64,000 nucleotides of DNA from a virus (Duplodnaviria; Heunggongvirae; Uroviricota; Caudoviricetes), in IMG/VR virus record IMGVR_UViG_3300033068_001142, positions 48,262 through 112,261 of that record; one strand, given 5' to 3'. Made by a program: the position numbers and the translations under genes. Of the stretch, positions 9,094 through 18,301 are shown in pieces. Every line of letters starts with the position of its first letter. Positions within the stretch are counted from its first letter, which is position 1. Below the pieces are notes generated by a model that saw nothing but the letters and a program-made list of their open reading frames with translations, did not search any database and had not been told where the DNA came from.

Positions 9094-9461
9094 TGCTTGC
9101 TCCTTAGTGGTTTTAAGTAAAGTGGTGTAACTACTATGTAGGTGTTGATATCGTCTAAGACTCTTAGGTCGTAGTTAGATAAGGCAGAAGTTTTGTCACT
9201 ATATGACCAAGAGTACTTCATACGTAGTCCTGGGATTGGTCCTGGGTACTTGTATTTAATAGCTTTTGGATTAAATGAGTATTGAATTGAATTTAACTGT
9301 AGTTTAGCACCTGCTTTTAGGTATTTTAGCATTAGTTCAAAGTTACAAGTTACTGTTGAATTTTGTTTATGTATTGACATGTCTAGCCTTTTGAAGTTGT
9401 GGTCTTTTAAGTTGTTTAACAATGAATGTGTTCTTTGGTCTAAGGAAGTAGTCCCAAACAC
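9063..9461 (-). CDS. LLKP-tail family small protein (divergent)
   Basis: 132 aa, ends ...TPLYLKPLRSKQCTQSEPSLN. It is part of a tandem array with overlapping start and stop codons. Confidence 0.4.
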   Translation of the reverse strand: MFGTTSLDQRTHSLLNNLKDHNFKRLDMSIHKQNSTVTCNFELMLKYLKAGAKLQLNSIQYSFNPKAIKYKYPGPIPGLRMKYSWSYSDKTSALSNYDLRVLDDINTYIVVTPLYLKPLRSKQCTQSEPSLN

Positions 9462-9684
9462 CGCTCATCACTTCAACTCTAGGTATATGTCTGTTAGTAT
9501 TGATGCTTACAATTACTTTATCTATATTGAAACCCTCTGCGTCTAAGTACGAGAATTTATCCTTGTAGTAGAATATAAGAGCACTAGAGTCAGGAATCAT
9601 TAGTATTAGTCCTTTTGGTGCTAAGGTTCTGAATACTTCTTCTGTAAGCTTTTGTACTGGGTATTGTTTTTCTACAGTGAACAT
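9367..9684 (-). CDS. LLKP-tail family small protein (divergent)
   Basis: 105 aa, ...LTEEVFRTLAPKGL..., ends ...IVKQLKRPQLQKARHVNT. Confidence 0.4.
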   Translation of the reverse strand: MFTVEKQYPVQKLTEEVFRTLAPKGLILMIPDSSALIFYYKDKFSYLDAEGFNIDKVIVSINTNRHIPRVEVMSGVWDYFLRPKNTFIVKQLKRPQLQKARHVNT

Positions 9685-9685
9685 G

Positions 9686-10564
9686 TTAGCTCCTTATGAA
9701 TGGATTTGATGCTTTTGGTGGTTGGAATAATCTGAAGTCTTGAGCTAGTAGGTAGCGAAGTTCGGGATGCTCTTTCCAAGTTTTTACTGAATGAGCAATT
9801 AACATTAGTTGGCCTTCAATCTTGTTGTAGTCTTCTTTAGTGAAGGGCTCTTTGAATTCAAAGTGTCTACATGGTAGAGTTTTTGTCGGTCTTGTTACGT
9901 ACTGTAGTTCAATTTGTGAAATTGAGTAGCCTAAGTTTTCTAGTAAGTAGGCGTAGCAGTGGGCTTGTAGTCGGTATTGGTATGAAATGCCAGCAGGTTT
10001 AGTAGAGGCAGTTTTGTAATCTCTAACAGAGTAAGTTCCGTTTCCCATTGGGACTATAGCGTCACATGTACCAGCTAGGTAGATGTTTGGTAGTAACTTG
10101 TGGTAGGCAAAATGTTCAGTAAGAGCTGGTTTTACTTTACCGTTAATGCAACCTGCTATCATTGTATTAGCCATGTCTTTCCATAAAGACTCGATTTCTG
10201 ATCGTTCATCTAGTGTTTGTTTGTCTAGGTAATCAGAAACGTCCTTAAGTGGGTCTTCAGGTTTGATGCCTTTTGAGGCTAGTTCACAGAAGTGGTGTAC
10301 GATGGTACCAAGTACTGTTGAGTCACTTCCGGTAAAGCCAGGCTCATCCATGAAGTTTTCTCCCCACCATTGACGAGTAGATGTAAAGAAGTTAGCCATT
10401 GAAGATGGTGAGATACGGAAGTAGTCAGGTGAACCGTTTATCTCAGTTAGAATTTGTGAGCCGTCATTGTATGAGCCTATCATGCTAGTGCCGTCACAAG
10501 TATGAATATGATTAAGTAGTGTGTTAAGTGATGTGCCATTTGGTCTGCTCCTAGTGCCCACCAA
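9686..10564 (-). CDS. PD-(D/E)XK family nuclease (RecB/Cas4-like exonuclease)
   Basis: ...GTCDAIVPMGNGTYSVRDYKTAS..., the D...D-Y-K catalytic signature of RecB-type nuclease domains. Confidence 0.55.
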   Translation of the reverse strand: MVGTRSRPNGTSLNTLLNHIHTCDGTSMIGSYNDGSQILTEINGSPDYFRISPSSMANFFTSTRQWWGENFMDEPGFTGSDSTVLGTIVHHFCELASKGIKPEDPLKDVSDYLDKQTLDERSEIESLWKDMANTMIAGCINGKVKPALTEHFAYHKLLPNIYLAGTCDAIVPMGNGTYSVRDYKTASTKPAGISYQYRLQAHCYAYLLENLGYSISQIELQYVTRPTKTLPCRHFEFKEPFTKEDYNKIEGQLMLIAHSVKTWKEHPELRYLLAQDFRLFQPPKASNPFIRS

Positions 10565-10881
10565 AAATAAGGTTGAGATGGGTTGAATTTACCTCCTAAG
10601 TTAGGTGAGGCTTTAATACGGTCTACTATGAAGTGAATAGTAAAGTCAAGTAGCGCTAAAAGTGGTGTAAGTATTACAGCTAGTGTGGGTTGACCTAGTA
10701 GAATAAAATACCAAAGAACTATTATAGCTGTTATACAAGCATGAATAGTGGCATGGGCTGCTAGTGGCTTAATCCAGCCAGTAGCTTTCATTTTACCTAG
10801 CATGTATGGAGTTTGAAGTGGGTAGTCAGCTAAAAAGTGTTTTAACTGAAATAGGGTTAGTAATATGAAAATTTCTGTCAT
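10480..10881 (-). CDS. Integral membrane protein
   Basis: 133 aa with about four hydrophobic helices. The 5' end overlaps the upstream ORF, so the real start is probably an internal Met. Confidence 0.4.
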   Translation of the reverse strand: MTEIFILLTLFQLKHFLADYPLQTPYMLGKMKATGWIKPLAAHATIHACITAIIVLWYFILLGQPTLAVILTPLLALLDFTIHFIVDRIKASPNLGGKFNPSQPYFWWALGADQMAHHLTHYLIIFILVTALA

Positions 10882-10974
10882 AGTAGTCCTTTCGATTTTA
10901 GCCAGTGGTAAGTGTACTGGAGTATAAAAATTAGTTGTTGCATTGCTGTTCCTTATATGTGGATACTAGGTAGT

Positions 10975-11313
10975 TCATTTTAATTCCTCTAGCAGTGATT
11001 GGTTGAATTTAACGGCTTTAGTTATGTCGTTTATTCTTGTGTTGTCTCTGTTTAAGTAATCTACTGTTAAGAGACGTTCTAGTAAGCTTTTAGCTGCTGT
11101 AATTTTGTAGTTAATTGCTTGCTCGTACTTCATGTCTTTTAGTGTTTGTAGTGATGTGTCATCAAAACCGTAGTAGTATACGTGCGGTTTAAGTGCTTCT
11201 TTAGTTGAAATCATAGGTTGTCCTTTAGTTGATATACATACTAGAATAGACAAACTCTTTGGTAAGGAAGACGAGTCTATTCGATATGTACATGTTGTTT
11301 GTAGGATTTTCAC
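10975..11313 (-). CDS. Hypothetical protein
   Basis: 112-aa ORF with the coding strand consistent with its neighbours. Confidence 0.35.
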   Translation of the reverse strand: MKILQTTCTYRIDSSSLPKSLSILVCISTKGQPMISTKEALKPHVYYYGFDDTSLQTLKDMKYEQAINYKITAAKSLLERLLTVDYLNRDNTRINDITKAVKFNQSLLEELK

Positions 11314-11440
11314 CTACTGTTAGCTGACTTAGTTTAACTACGGCTATCTGATGGTTTTACGGCTTTGTTCTTCCAGCCAAAGTCTTGTAGTCCTAAGGTT
11401 TAACGTCAATAGGAGTTCCTCTAGGATTGACGTGCTTTAG

Positions 11441-11632
11441 TTAAGCTTCTGGTGAGGGTTCTTCAAGGGGTTTTTGTTTTTTACGTAGTTCCTTGAGGGC
11501 TGCTTCTAAGAAAGGTTTGTAGGCTTTGTCATTTCTTGAGTTTGCACATTTGTACTGGTGAGCTAGTTCTTCTACTGTTAGGTTAGGGAAGTTTTTGATA
11601 GCTTCTTTTATTTGTTCAGGTGTATGTGTCAT
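11441..11632 (-). CDS. Hypothetical small protein
   Basis: 63 aa. Its start overlaps the stop of 11629..12120 (ATGA). Confidence 0.35.
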   Translation of the reverse strand: MTHTPEQIKEAIKNFPNLTVEELAHQYKCANSRNDKAYKPFLEAALKELRKKQKPLEEPSPEA

Positions 11633-12120
11633 GAGTAGTCCTTTACGATTGTGTCGAATACTTTCTTGTTTGGGTGATAACGTGGGTGTGCATCGATTTC
11701 GGAGGTAAAGCTTGTTTGATAGTTGTATTTAGCATCTTCACCAATACCGAAATACTTGATACATTCAATGGCCTTACCAACTCCAGCTGAGCGAGAAACT
11801 CCAGCTCGACATTGAACTAAGAAACGAGAAGTTAAGTTGCCTAAGATGAACTGTTGGAGTTGCTTGCCTTGCTCGTCGGTGATTGGTAAGTAGTTGCCGA
11901 TTTGTTCCTCGATATCCCAGAATTTAAGTTTGATACAAGATTTAAACCTACCAGCGTCAAGGTCTGATATAGCCTCGTCTTGGTAATGCTCGAATAAAGG
12001 CTCAGAGATGCTGATTAAAACTAAGTTAGATGGATCGAATGTTGGGTCAGATAAGAGCTGTCGCATTTCATGACGGCCAATAATAGCTTCGATTGTGGAA
12101 GTAGAGACAGAGTTTACCAT
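11629..12120 (-). CDS. Cys-based (CX5R) protein/polynucleotide phosphatase
   Basis: VQCRAGVSRSAG matches the HCxxGxxR(S/T) P-loop of protein-tyrosine/dual-specificity phosphatases. At 163 aa it is the size of a minimal DSP fold. Confidence 0.55.
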   Translation of the reverse strand: MVNSVSTSTIEAIIGRHEMRQLLSDPTFDPSNLVLISISEPLFEHYQDEAISDLDAGRFKSCIKLKFWDIEEQIGNYLPITDEQGKQLQQFILGNLTSRFLVQCRAGVSRSAGVGKAIECIKYFGIGEDAKYNYQTSFTSEIDAHPRYHPNKKVFDTIVKDYS

Positions 12121-13883
12121 CTTAGTACCTGATTGAGTACTGTGATTTGTAAACGGTCTTGTGGCATGCTGTATAACCAGTAATCGTTGATACGGTTGAT
12201 TAAGTCGATTACTTCTTGTTTTTCCATTTTTAGATCGAAGTAGGCGTATTTAGCTGCCCAAATTAGTTTACGTGAGCCTTCGCCGTCAGCTGCGTTGAAT
12301 GCTGGTGCAAATGTTACTGATTCATTAGCTATTAGTGATTTACGTTGAGCGTCTGAAAGAGTTTTGGCAACAGTTGAGGGTGCGTTTTCAGATGCTTCGT
12401 GGGCTTTCATTAAGTAGTCACGAACAGAAATTGGCGTTGCGTCTGTAACTGAAAGAACAGTACGAGTTGAGTCTTTTTCCCAGTACGAGAAGAAGATTTG
12501 TGATTGCGGTAAATGGTCAACTGTTAGTGATAAGTCTTCAGCAATTGATGTGTAGAAGTTTCTCCAAACAATTGAGTCAACGTCAACTACTGAGTCTAGT
12601 TCTAGTAGTACTCTGAATTTGTATTCGTTGTGTTGGTCAGAACCAAGTGCAATGTGGTGATTGATGTCTGACAGTAGGAGGTGAGCTTCGCTAGCCGTAA
12701 TTAGAGATGAGTCTATGTCTAATACTAGCCATTTTGCACCACTAATGATGTTGGCTTTTCCACGTACTCCGTCCTTGAATTGGAATGGTGAGTATGCAAA
12801 GTTGCCTTGTAGCAGTTGAGCTAAGTCAGCAAATGTTGCAGGTTCACATTCAAATCCATAGGTTGCTGAAGCTGCTACTGACGATTTTAAGTCACGTATT
12901 GTGTCGTAACTAGCGTTTTGTTTAATAGCTTCTAGTAGTTTGTCGTTGTTGATTGGTTTAACTGATACTAAGAGAGAGTCTGTTCGTTGGATACGCTTGT
13001 AGTGGATGTAGACTCCGTCTTCAGAAACAGTGTAGATTCCAAGTTTGTCATAGACAGCAGCTGGTGCTATTAGTTCTTTTAAGCGGGTTTTAGCGTTGGC
13101 TGTTGAAGCTATGAAACCTTTTTTCTTTAAGTTGTGAATGTCAATTGAGGTTTCACCAGTAATGGCATCAACTGAAGATTGCATGTAGTCAGCAAATCGT
13201 TCGTATGGAAGTTTATTTAGTTCCAGTTCGAAAAGTTCCATGTCATGTGATAGAGACTCACAGAATCTAATAGCTTCAATGTAGTGGTCAAGTGTGATTG
13301 AGTCAGCACAGTAGATTAATGCTAGAGCACCTGCTAGTTTGAGGGCTTTCCATTGAAGATGTTTACGAACCAATGCTGAAACAGATGAGGGAGCTAGTGA
13401 TGTTGTTGCTAGTTCTTTGTTGTAACGTTTGTAGACTTTGAATGCGTCGACTACGGCTTTGTCAATTGGTAAAAGTTCACCGGCTTTTGTTAGCTGGTAT
13501 TGAGTGATTTGCTTCATTTCACTAGAGATTGATTCTTGTAGTGAAATAGCGTGGTAGTCAGCACCGTTGTCTGAAGCTAAGAAGGCTTCGATGGAGTCGA
13601 ATTCAGGTTCGCTAAGTGATTCAGGTATGTAGCAAAAGAATGAACGTCTAGCTAGTTTTGACATGAAGGCTAGTTGGAATTTCTTTTTAACAGTCTCGTC
13701 ATACAGGATGTAAGCTGGTGAGCCTACGAAGAATGCTGATACTGGTTGACCTTTGATTTCAGAAGAACGAGAATCTACTCCTTTGGTGTACTTAACCTCT
13801 TTTTCACCGACGTCGTAAACTTCAGCTAAGGTTTTGATGTTTTCAAGAATGTCACCGTTAGTTGCAAGTTCGTCTCCAAGTTC
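12114..13883 (-). CDS. Putative DNA replication protein (primase/primase-polymerase-like), exon 2
   Basis: About 590 aa continuing from exon 1. It contains ...GAKWLVLDIDSS... (a D-x-D motif of AEP/TOPRIM type) and a C-terminal helical region. The exact 3' splice site is inferred from the conserved AAUUAACGACU + 16 nt + G spacing and the reading frame (...LLYAG|ELGDEL...). Confidence 0.45.
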   Translation of the reverse strand, partial: ELGDELATNGDILENIKTLAEVYDVGEKEVKYTKGVDSRSSEIKGQPVSAFFVGSPAYILYDETVKKKFQLAFMSKLARRSFFCYIPESLSEPEFDSIEAFLASDNGADYHAISLQESISSEMKQITQYQLTKAGELLPIDKAVVDAFKVYKRYNKELATTSLAPSSVSALVRKHLQWKALKLAGALALIYCADSITLDHYIEAIRFCESLSHDMELFELELNKLPYERFADYMQSSVDAITGETSIDIHNLKKKGFIASTANAKTRLKELIAPAAVYDKLGIYTVSEDGVYIHYKRIQRTDSLLVSVKPINNDKLLEAIKQNASYDTIRDLKSSVAASATYGFECEPATFADLAQLLQGNFAYSPFQFKDGVRGKANIISGAKWLVLDIDSSLITASEAHLLLSDINHHIALGSDQHNEYKFRVLLELDSVVDVDSIVWRNFYTSIAEDLSLTVDHLPQSQIFFSYWEKDSTRTVLSVTDATPISVRDYLMKAHEASENAPSTVAKTLSDAQRKSLIANESVTFAPAFNAADGEGSRKLIWAAKYAYFDLKMEKQEVIDLINRINDYWLYSMPQDRLQITVLNQVLRW

Positions 13884-15138
13884 CGTGATATTCACATGCA
13901 GTCGTTAATTGCATGCCGTGAGACACTGCTCACTGCTACATGTTTCCATGCAGACTAGACTATATCTTTACCCGTTTAAAGGTTATTTAAGTTACTATAT
14001 GGTACACTACTAAAAATTTTAACAAGGAATACCGATGGAAATATATAAAGACATAAAAAATTATGAAGGAATATATAAAGTATCGAATTACGGTAATGTA
14101 TATTCTTACTACACTGATAAGATACTGAAACCTATCAAATTTAAAACTAACGTAACTACTTATTTAAGAGTAGATTTAGTAAAAAATAAGAAAAAGTGTA
14201 AGCACTCAATACATAAGCTAGTAGCAGAAGCGTTTATAGAAAATATTGATAATAAACCATGCGTTAATCATATTGACAATGATGCTAGTAATAACCGTGT
14301 TGATAACCTTGAATGGTGTACACATAGTGAAAATTTACTACATGCCCAAAAACAAGGGAGGTTATATGAAGCTCAAAGTAAAGGTGGAATAACTACTACA
14401 AATAAACTAAAGAAATTAGCTGTAGAAGATGCTCACTTGATGGTAGATAAGGTTTATGGCACATGGAAAGTATTAGTTCATACAGGAACTAAAACGGTAT
14501 CAAAAATTCTTGAACGTCATACATTTAATTGTAAGTGTGTAAATTGTGGTAGTGAAAAAGAACTAACTAGGGATTACCTTAAAACTGAACCTAAACAATG
14601 TAGAAATTGTGATGCAATTAAGAAATCACATAACAGATATTTAGAAGCAGTTAAAGAATTAGTTAGTAGTAAATTAAATAATTGGACAATTTTAGAAATT
14701 ACTAAACCAACAACTACTATTAGAAGTAGTAAGTTACTAGTTAAGTGTGAATGCGGTCATAATGACGAAATTCCATATGGCAGCATTAGCAAAAAACAAT
14801 TTAAAAAATGTCCTAACTGTAAATTAGGGTAGCTCCTATTTCCCTCCACTTGGAGGTACGTCTTTCGACTAGTCGTTGAACCTTTAACCTGAAAATAGGT
14901 TACTTGGCTGCTGATTGCCCAATCTAATCAATTTTTAACATTCAAGCTCACTCTTACGAGTCACTTTGTAGTTTGATTAGCTCTAAGGGGTTTCCAGCAA
15001 TTAAAGAGCTTCATATTACACATTACTGTGTAAATGGGCTAGTAATATACATTGCTCTTAAATCTAGTAAATAATACTATATCATTTGTCTATTTTCATC
15101 TAATAGTATTTAGTAGATAGCACAAGAATATTACGTTA
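13884..15138 (-). ncRNA. Group I intron in the replication-protein gene, carrying an antisense HNH endonuclease ORF
   Basis: Exon 1 ends GGU, followed by UAA. Core elements: P UUAAUUGCUGGAAACCCC, Q GGCAAUCAGCAGCC, R GGUUCAACGACUAGUCGAAAG 5' of the ORF, S AAGAUAUAGUCUAGUCUG 3' of the ORF, and AAUUAACGACU near the 3' end. Confidence 0.7.
14035..14832 (+). CDS. HNH homing endonuclease (NUMOD4 + HNH_3 type) encoded antisense inside intron 3
   Basis: 265 aa: YKVSNYGNVYSY (NUMOD4-like), VNHIDNDASNNRVDNLEWCTHSEN (HNH), C-terminal CxxC pairs. It is the only plus-strand gene in the 0-44 kb block. Confidence 0.75.
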   Translation: MEIYKDIKNYEGIYKVSNYGNVYSYYTDKILKPIKFKTNVTTYLRVDLVKNKKKCKHSIHKLVAEAFIENIDNKPCVNHIDNDASNNRVDNLEWCTHSENLLHAQKQGRLYEAQSKGGITTTNKLKKLAVEDAHLMVDKVYGTWKVLVHTGTKTVSKILERHTFNCKCVNCGSEKELTRDYLKTEPKQCRNCDAIKKSHNRYLEAVKELVSSKLNNWTILEITKPTTTIRSSKLLVKCECGHNDEIPYGSISKKQFKKCPNCKLG

Positions 15139-15633
15139 ACCTGCGTATAGGAGCCCAGCACCTATAGGGTGTTCTGCGATGTCATTAATATGTTGGATTA
15201 GTCCTGGGCCAGTAGTTGGTGACATGAAGATTGGGGCTGGTTCTTTGTAGAATGGTTTTGGGTCTGTTTCTCCAGCTTCTTGCATTTTCTTACGAGCTTC
15301 TGCTTTAGCTAGGGTAGTGATTCGCTCTTTAATGTCATTGTAGCCTAGTGAGAAACATTTACGAGCTGCACGAACTGAGGAGTCTTTGTGGTCACCAGAG
15401 CCTGTTACTACGAATGAGATTGAGTTAATTGGTACTGGTGTACCATCCCAGTGGTTGATGTTTCTACGGAATTGTGAGGCAAATGTCATTAACTCAGAAA
15501 CAGCTATAGTTAGTTTCATTCGTTCTGGGACGGTTGCAAAAGGGATTGTGTCTGCGATTTTTGAGATGATTGGTGATTGCTCTTTTGAGAATGCACCTTT
15601 GTCTTCAAGGTATTGTTTAGTTAGTTCTAACAA
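15139..15633 (-). CDS. Putative DNA replication protein, exon 1
   Basis: 165-aa ORF ending ...GAGLLYAG immediately before the UAA that opens the intron, the same exon-U|UAA junction as the other three introns. Confidence 0.5.
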
Positions 15634-15905
15634 GGTTTACTCCTTAAGGTTTTAAGTAGTGGTTGGATTAGTTTATTAAAGTGCTCAGTTGACTTTGATG
15701 TCCTCTCAGTAATTGCTGAACTTGCAGAACATCTACGTCCATAGTTAAATGGGCATGTATGGCACTCTATGCCCATGCAGGAATAAGAGATTCTGCGTTT
15801 TGGCTTTCCGTCAACTACTAGTATGTCGATTATGTTTGGTATGTTTGAACGTTTATCAATAGTGGTAAAGTTTATGGTTATGTGGGCATTAAGTGCTTTT
15901 TTCAT
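15627..15905 (-). CDS. Cys-rich LLKP-tail family small protein
   Basis: 92 aa, CMGIECHTCPFNYGRRC cluster, ends ...LIQPLLKTLRSKPC. Confidence 0.45.
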   Translation of the reverse strand: MKKALNAHITINFTTIDKRSNIPNIIDILVVDGKPKRRISYSCMGIECHTCPFNYGRRCSASSAITERTSKSTEHFNKLIQPLLKTLRSKPC

Positions 15906-15906
15906 G

Positions 15907-16167
15907 TTAAGCCTTTGGTTTTAATAGTTTAAATGGTAATTTGTAAAGGTAGTCGTCGTAATCGTCACACTGCCAGCCTTTACCGTTGTTTCTTGGATCT
16001 AACGGACAGTACCTACAATCAGTGAATGTACATCTAGTACGGATTTCATTGTCATCAGTTTTAAATATTAATAAATGTTTTGCATGTCGTGGACTAATAT
16101 CAGGTATTGGTGAACTGAAAAATTCGATAGTGAACCCTTTTAATGTTATTTGTTTAAATTTGCTCAT
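15907..16167 (-). CDS. Cys-rich LLKP-tail family small protein
   Basis: 86 aa, CTFTDCRYCP...WQCDD, ends ...KLPFKLLKPKA. Confidence 0.45.
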   Translation of the reverse strand: MSKFKQITLKGFTIEFFSSPIPDISPRHAKHLLIFKTDDNEIRTRCTFTDCRYCPLDPRNNGKGWQCDDYDDYLYKLPFKLLKPKA

Positions 16168-16418
16168 TGTGGCTTCCTTGGTTTTTGTAGTACGTATAAA
16201 GGTTTGAATGCATTAATGATTAAAGAATCACAAGGCTCTTCGCTACTTCCAAATGGACATTCTGAACAATCTAGTCCTTCACAGTTGAACATACAGTTGT
16301 TATTTTGTAAGTCTATATAAACAGCTAGTACAGGCAAGTCTGTGTAGTCTTCTAGTACGTCTGCGTCTTTAAGAAGTATTACATTTATGGTTTTGTAGGT
16401 AAACTGTTTGAATATCAT
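16164..16418 (-). CDS. Cys-rich LLKP-tail family small protein
   Basis: 84 aa, CMFNCEGLDCSECP...PCDS, ends ...KPLYVLQKPRKPQ. Confidence 0.45.
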   Translation of the reverse strand: MIFKQFTYKTINVILLKDADVLEDYTDLPVLAVYIDLQNNNCMFNCEGLDCSECPFGSSEEPCDSLIINAFKPLYVLQKPRKPQ

Positions 16419-16684
16419 AGTAGTTCTAAAATTTGTGGTTTTATGGCTTGGTATGCTTTTGGTGTTAGCTTTAGTAGAACTGCAAATTGACGGTCTGTTA
16501 GTGCTAGGAAGTACTGCCTGTGTTTAGATGTTAGTAATTGTTTTAATACTAATAGTCTTAGTTGTTGTTGTACTAGTAAACGATTAGTAATATCTAAGGT
16601 TGGGAATAAGGTGGGTATTTGAGACTTTGGTATTGAGTCTGCAAAAGATTGTACTAGTAATTTAGCTGTTTCATAGTCGTTCAT
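16415..16684 (-). CDS. Hypothetical protein
   Basis: 89-aa ORF, translationally coupled to its neighbours. Confidence 0.35.
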   Translation of the reverse strand: MNDYETAKLLVQSFADSIPKSQIPTLFPTLDITNRLLVQQQLRLLVLKQLLTSKHRQYFLALTDRQFAVLLKLTPKAYQAIKPQILELL

Positions 16685-16712
16685 TTTGAGTTCCTTGTAG
16701 TACTAGGGTTGG

Positions 16713-17027
16713 TTACCCTAGTAATGAGTTTGTTAATCTGTCGATTTGTGCTTTTACTTTAGCAGTTTTAGTTTCTAATGAAACTACTTTGTAGTTTGTG
16801 TGTGATGCTTGAGATAAGCTAACACCGTTGGCTTTTAATGTTTTGTTTAATTTGCTAACTGCAAAGCCTTTTTGTAATTGGAAGTTGTTGATTACTCTAG
16901 TTGCTGCGATTCTGTCTGCTGGTAGTTCAGTTGGAATAGAGATTCCTAATTTTTTACACAATACTGTATCAGTGATTGTAGTACCTAATTTTAATTCTGC
17001 GATAAATTTTTTATTTAATTTTTTCAT
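16713..17027 (-). CDS. Hypothetical protein
   Basis: 104-aa basic protein. Confidence 0.35.
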   Translation of the reverse strand: MKKLNKKFIAELKLGTTITDTVLCKKLGISIPTELPADRIAATRVINNFQLQKGFAVSKLNKTLKANGVSLSQASHTNYKVVSLETKTAKVKAQIDRLTNSLLG

Positions 17028-17051
17028 GTTGTTTCTCCTGTTGTAATATTT

Positions 17052-18011
17052 TTAAAAGTCGTCGTCAAATGCAGAGTTGTATCTGCCGTAGTAGTGTTTG
17101 AATCTATGTTTGATGCCTTGGAATTCATCAATGAATTCTTTGTCTAAATCAGATTGGTACAGTTTTGCTTTTATGTAAGTAATTGCTTTATGTACTTGAC
17201 CTTTTGAGTCTACTATGTCAATTGTAGTTTTGTCGTAGTGTACTGGGTAGCCTTCTAGCTGATCTAATCTTTTTAATGTTGTTGGTGGTACTTCGTAAAG
17301 TTCGCCTTTGATGTTGTGACCATCTTTGTGAAGTCCTAGTAAGTAAGGAAATGCCATGTCTTTTCCGATCATTGCATACTTTTCAACCGATGTTCCAGCG
17401 TCGATGAAATCAGCGTTGTACATGTAGTATAAGTTGTTAGAAAACCCTTCTTTTAGTGTACCGTAAACGAATACTAAGGTTGTTTCTTCTTTAACGTGGT
17501 AGTCGTTAGAGTACCAGTTTCCATTTGGATCGTCTATTCCAAGTTTTTTGTTGATTATGTCAACAGTTCCGTTGTTGTTTAAGAAGACTAGTCTGTTGAT
17601 TGTTTCACCAGCAATTATTTTTAATAGTGGTTCGATGTCAGATACTTTTTTGAATTTACAAGTTGAAATTGCTTGAGCTAATTGGTTAGTGTCTGATTCA
17701 ACCGATGTTGAGCATCTTAAGTTGCTGATAGTTCCGTTGTGGAACATTACACCAGTTGGTACTATGAATGGGTGTACGTTAGTTGTACAAGTTGATGTAC
17801 CTACTGTAGCGTTTCTTAAGTGAACTACCATTAGATGGTCTTCGATTGTTGCTAGTCTTGAAATGAAAGTATCAAAATCTAGTGTTTTAAATGTTTGAAT
17901 TCCGTTGTCGTACCAGCTAACTCCGTAGCCGTCTTTGTTTTTCTTTTGAGCTTCTTTGATGAAGTCGTAAGGTATTGTGTTACCTTTAGGTTTTACCATT
18001 ATCCAGCACAT
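17052..18011 (-). CDS. Fusion protein: N-terminal Ntn-hydrolase (class II glutamine amidotransferase-like) + C-terminal gamma-glutamyl cyclotransferase (GGCT/AIG2-like)
   Basis: It begins MCWIM (Cys2, the Ntn nucleophile position as in GATase-II MCGI). The C-terminal half has LVFVYGTLKEGFSNN and LDQLEGYPVHY, the YGSL and catalytic-Glu signatures of GGCT/AIG2. Confidence 0.6.
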   Translation of the reverse strand: MCWIMVKPKGNTIPYDFIKEAQKKNKDGYGVSWYDNGIQTFKTLDFDTFISRLATIEDHLMVVHLRNATVGTSTCTTNVHPFIVPTGVMFHNGTISNLRCSTSVESDTNQLAQAISTCKFKKVSDIEPLLKIIAGETINRLVFLNNNGTVDIINKKLGIDDPNGNWYSNDYHVKEETTLVFVYGTLKEGFSNNLYYMYNADFIDAGTSVEKYAMIGKDMAFPYLLGLHKDGHNIKGELYEVPPTTLKRLDQLEGYPVHYDKTTIDIVDSKGQVHKAITYIKAKLYQSDLDKEFIDEFQGIKHRFKHYYGRYNSAFDDDF

Positions 18012-18301
18012 GTCTCTCCTTTAGTGTTTGTTTTAGGTTTTAATAATTTAATTGGGTATAATTTTACCATTTCAGTGTTCCAGAAGAATTCTTCATCATC
18101 TAAGTTTATGTGAAATGTGTAAGGTCTTGGACCTCCATAACGGCCAGAAGTACGATCTAGCTTAGTTATTACAAATTCTTGTCCTTCATAGTCTAACATA
18201 TCAAAAGCAACACCTAGGTCGTCTCCATTAGGGTCAACGTAATACCTATCAACGTCTAATTGTCGTTTTACTTTGCCTCTCATTCCTATTTTTGGTATCA
18301 T
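17999..18301 (-). CDS. LLKP-tail family small protein (WNTxMV type), inside the ligase cluster
   Basis: 100 aa, ends ...FWNTEMVKLYPIKLLKPKTNTKGETCAG. The tail overlaps the RBS and ATG of 17052..18011. Confidence 0.5.
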   Translation of the reverse strand: MIPKIGMRGKVKRQLDVDRYYVDPNGDDLGVAFDMLDYEGQEFVITKLDRTSGRYGGPRPYTFHINLDDEEFFWNTEMVKLYPIKLLKPKTNTKGETCAG

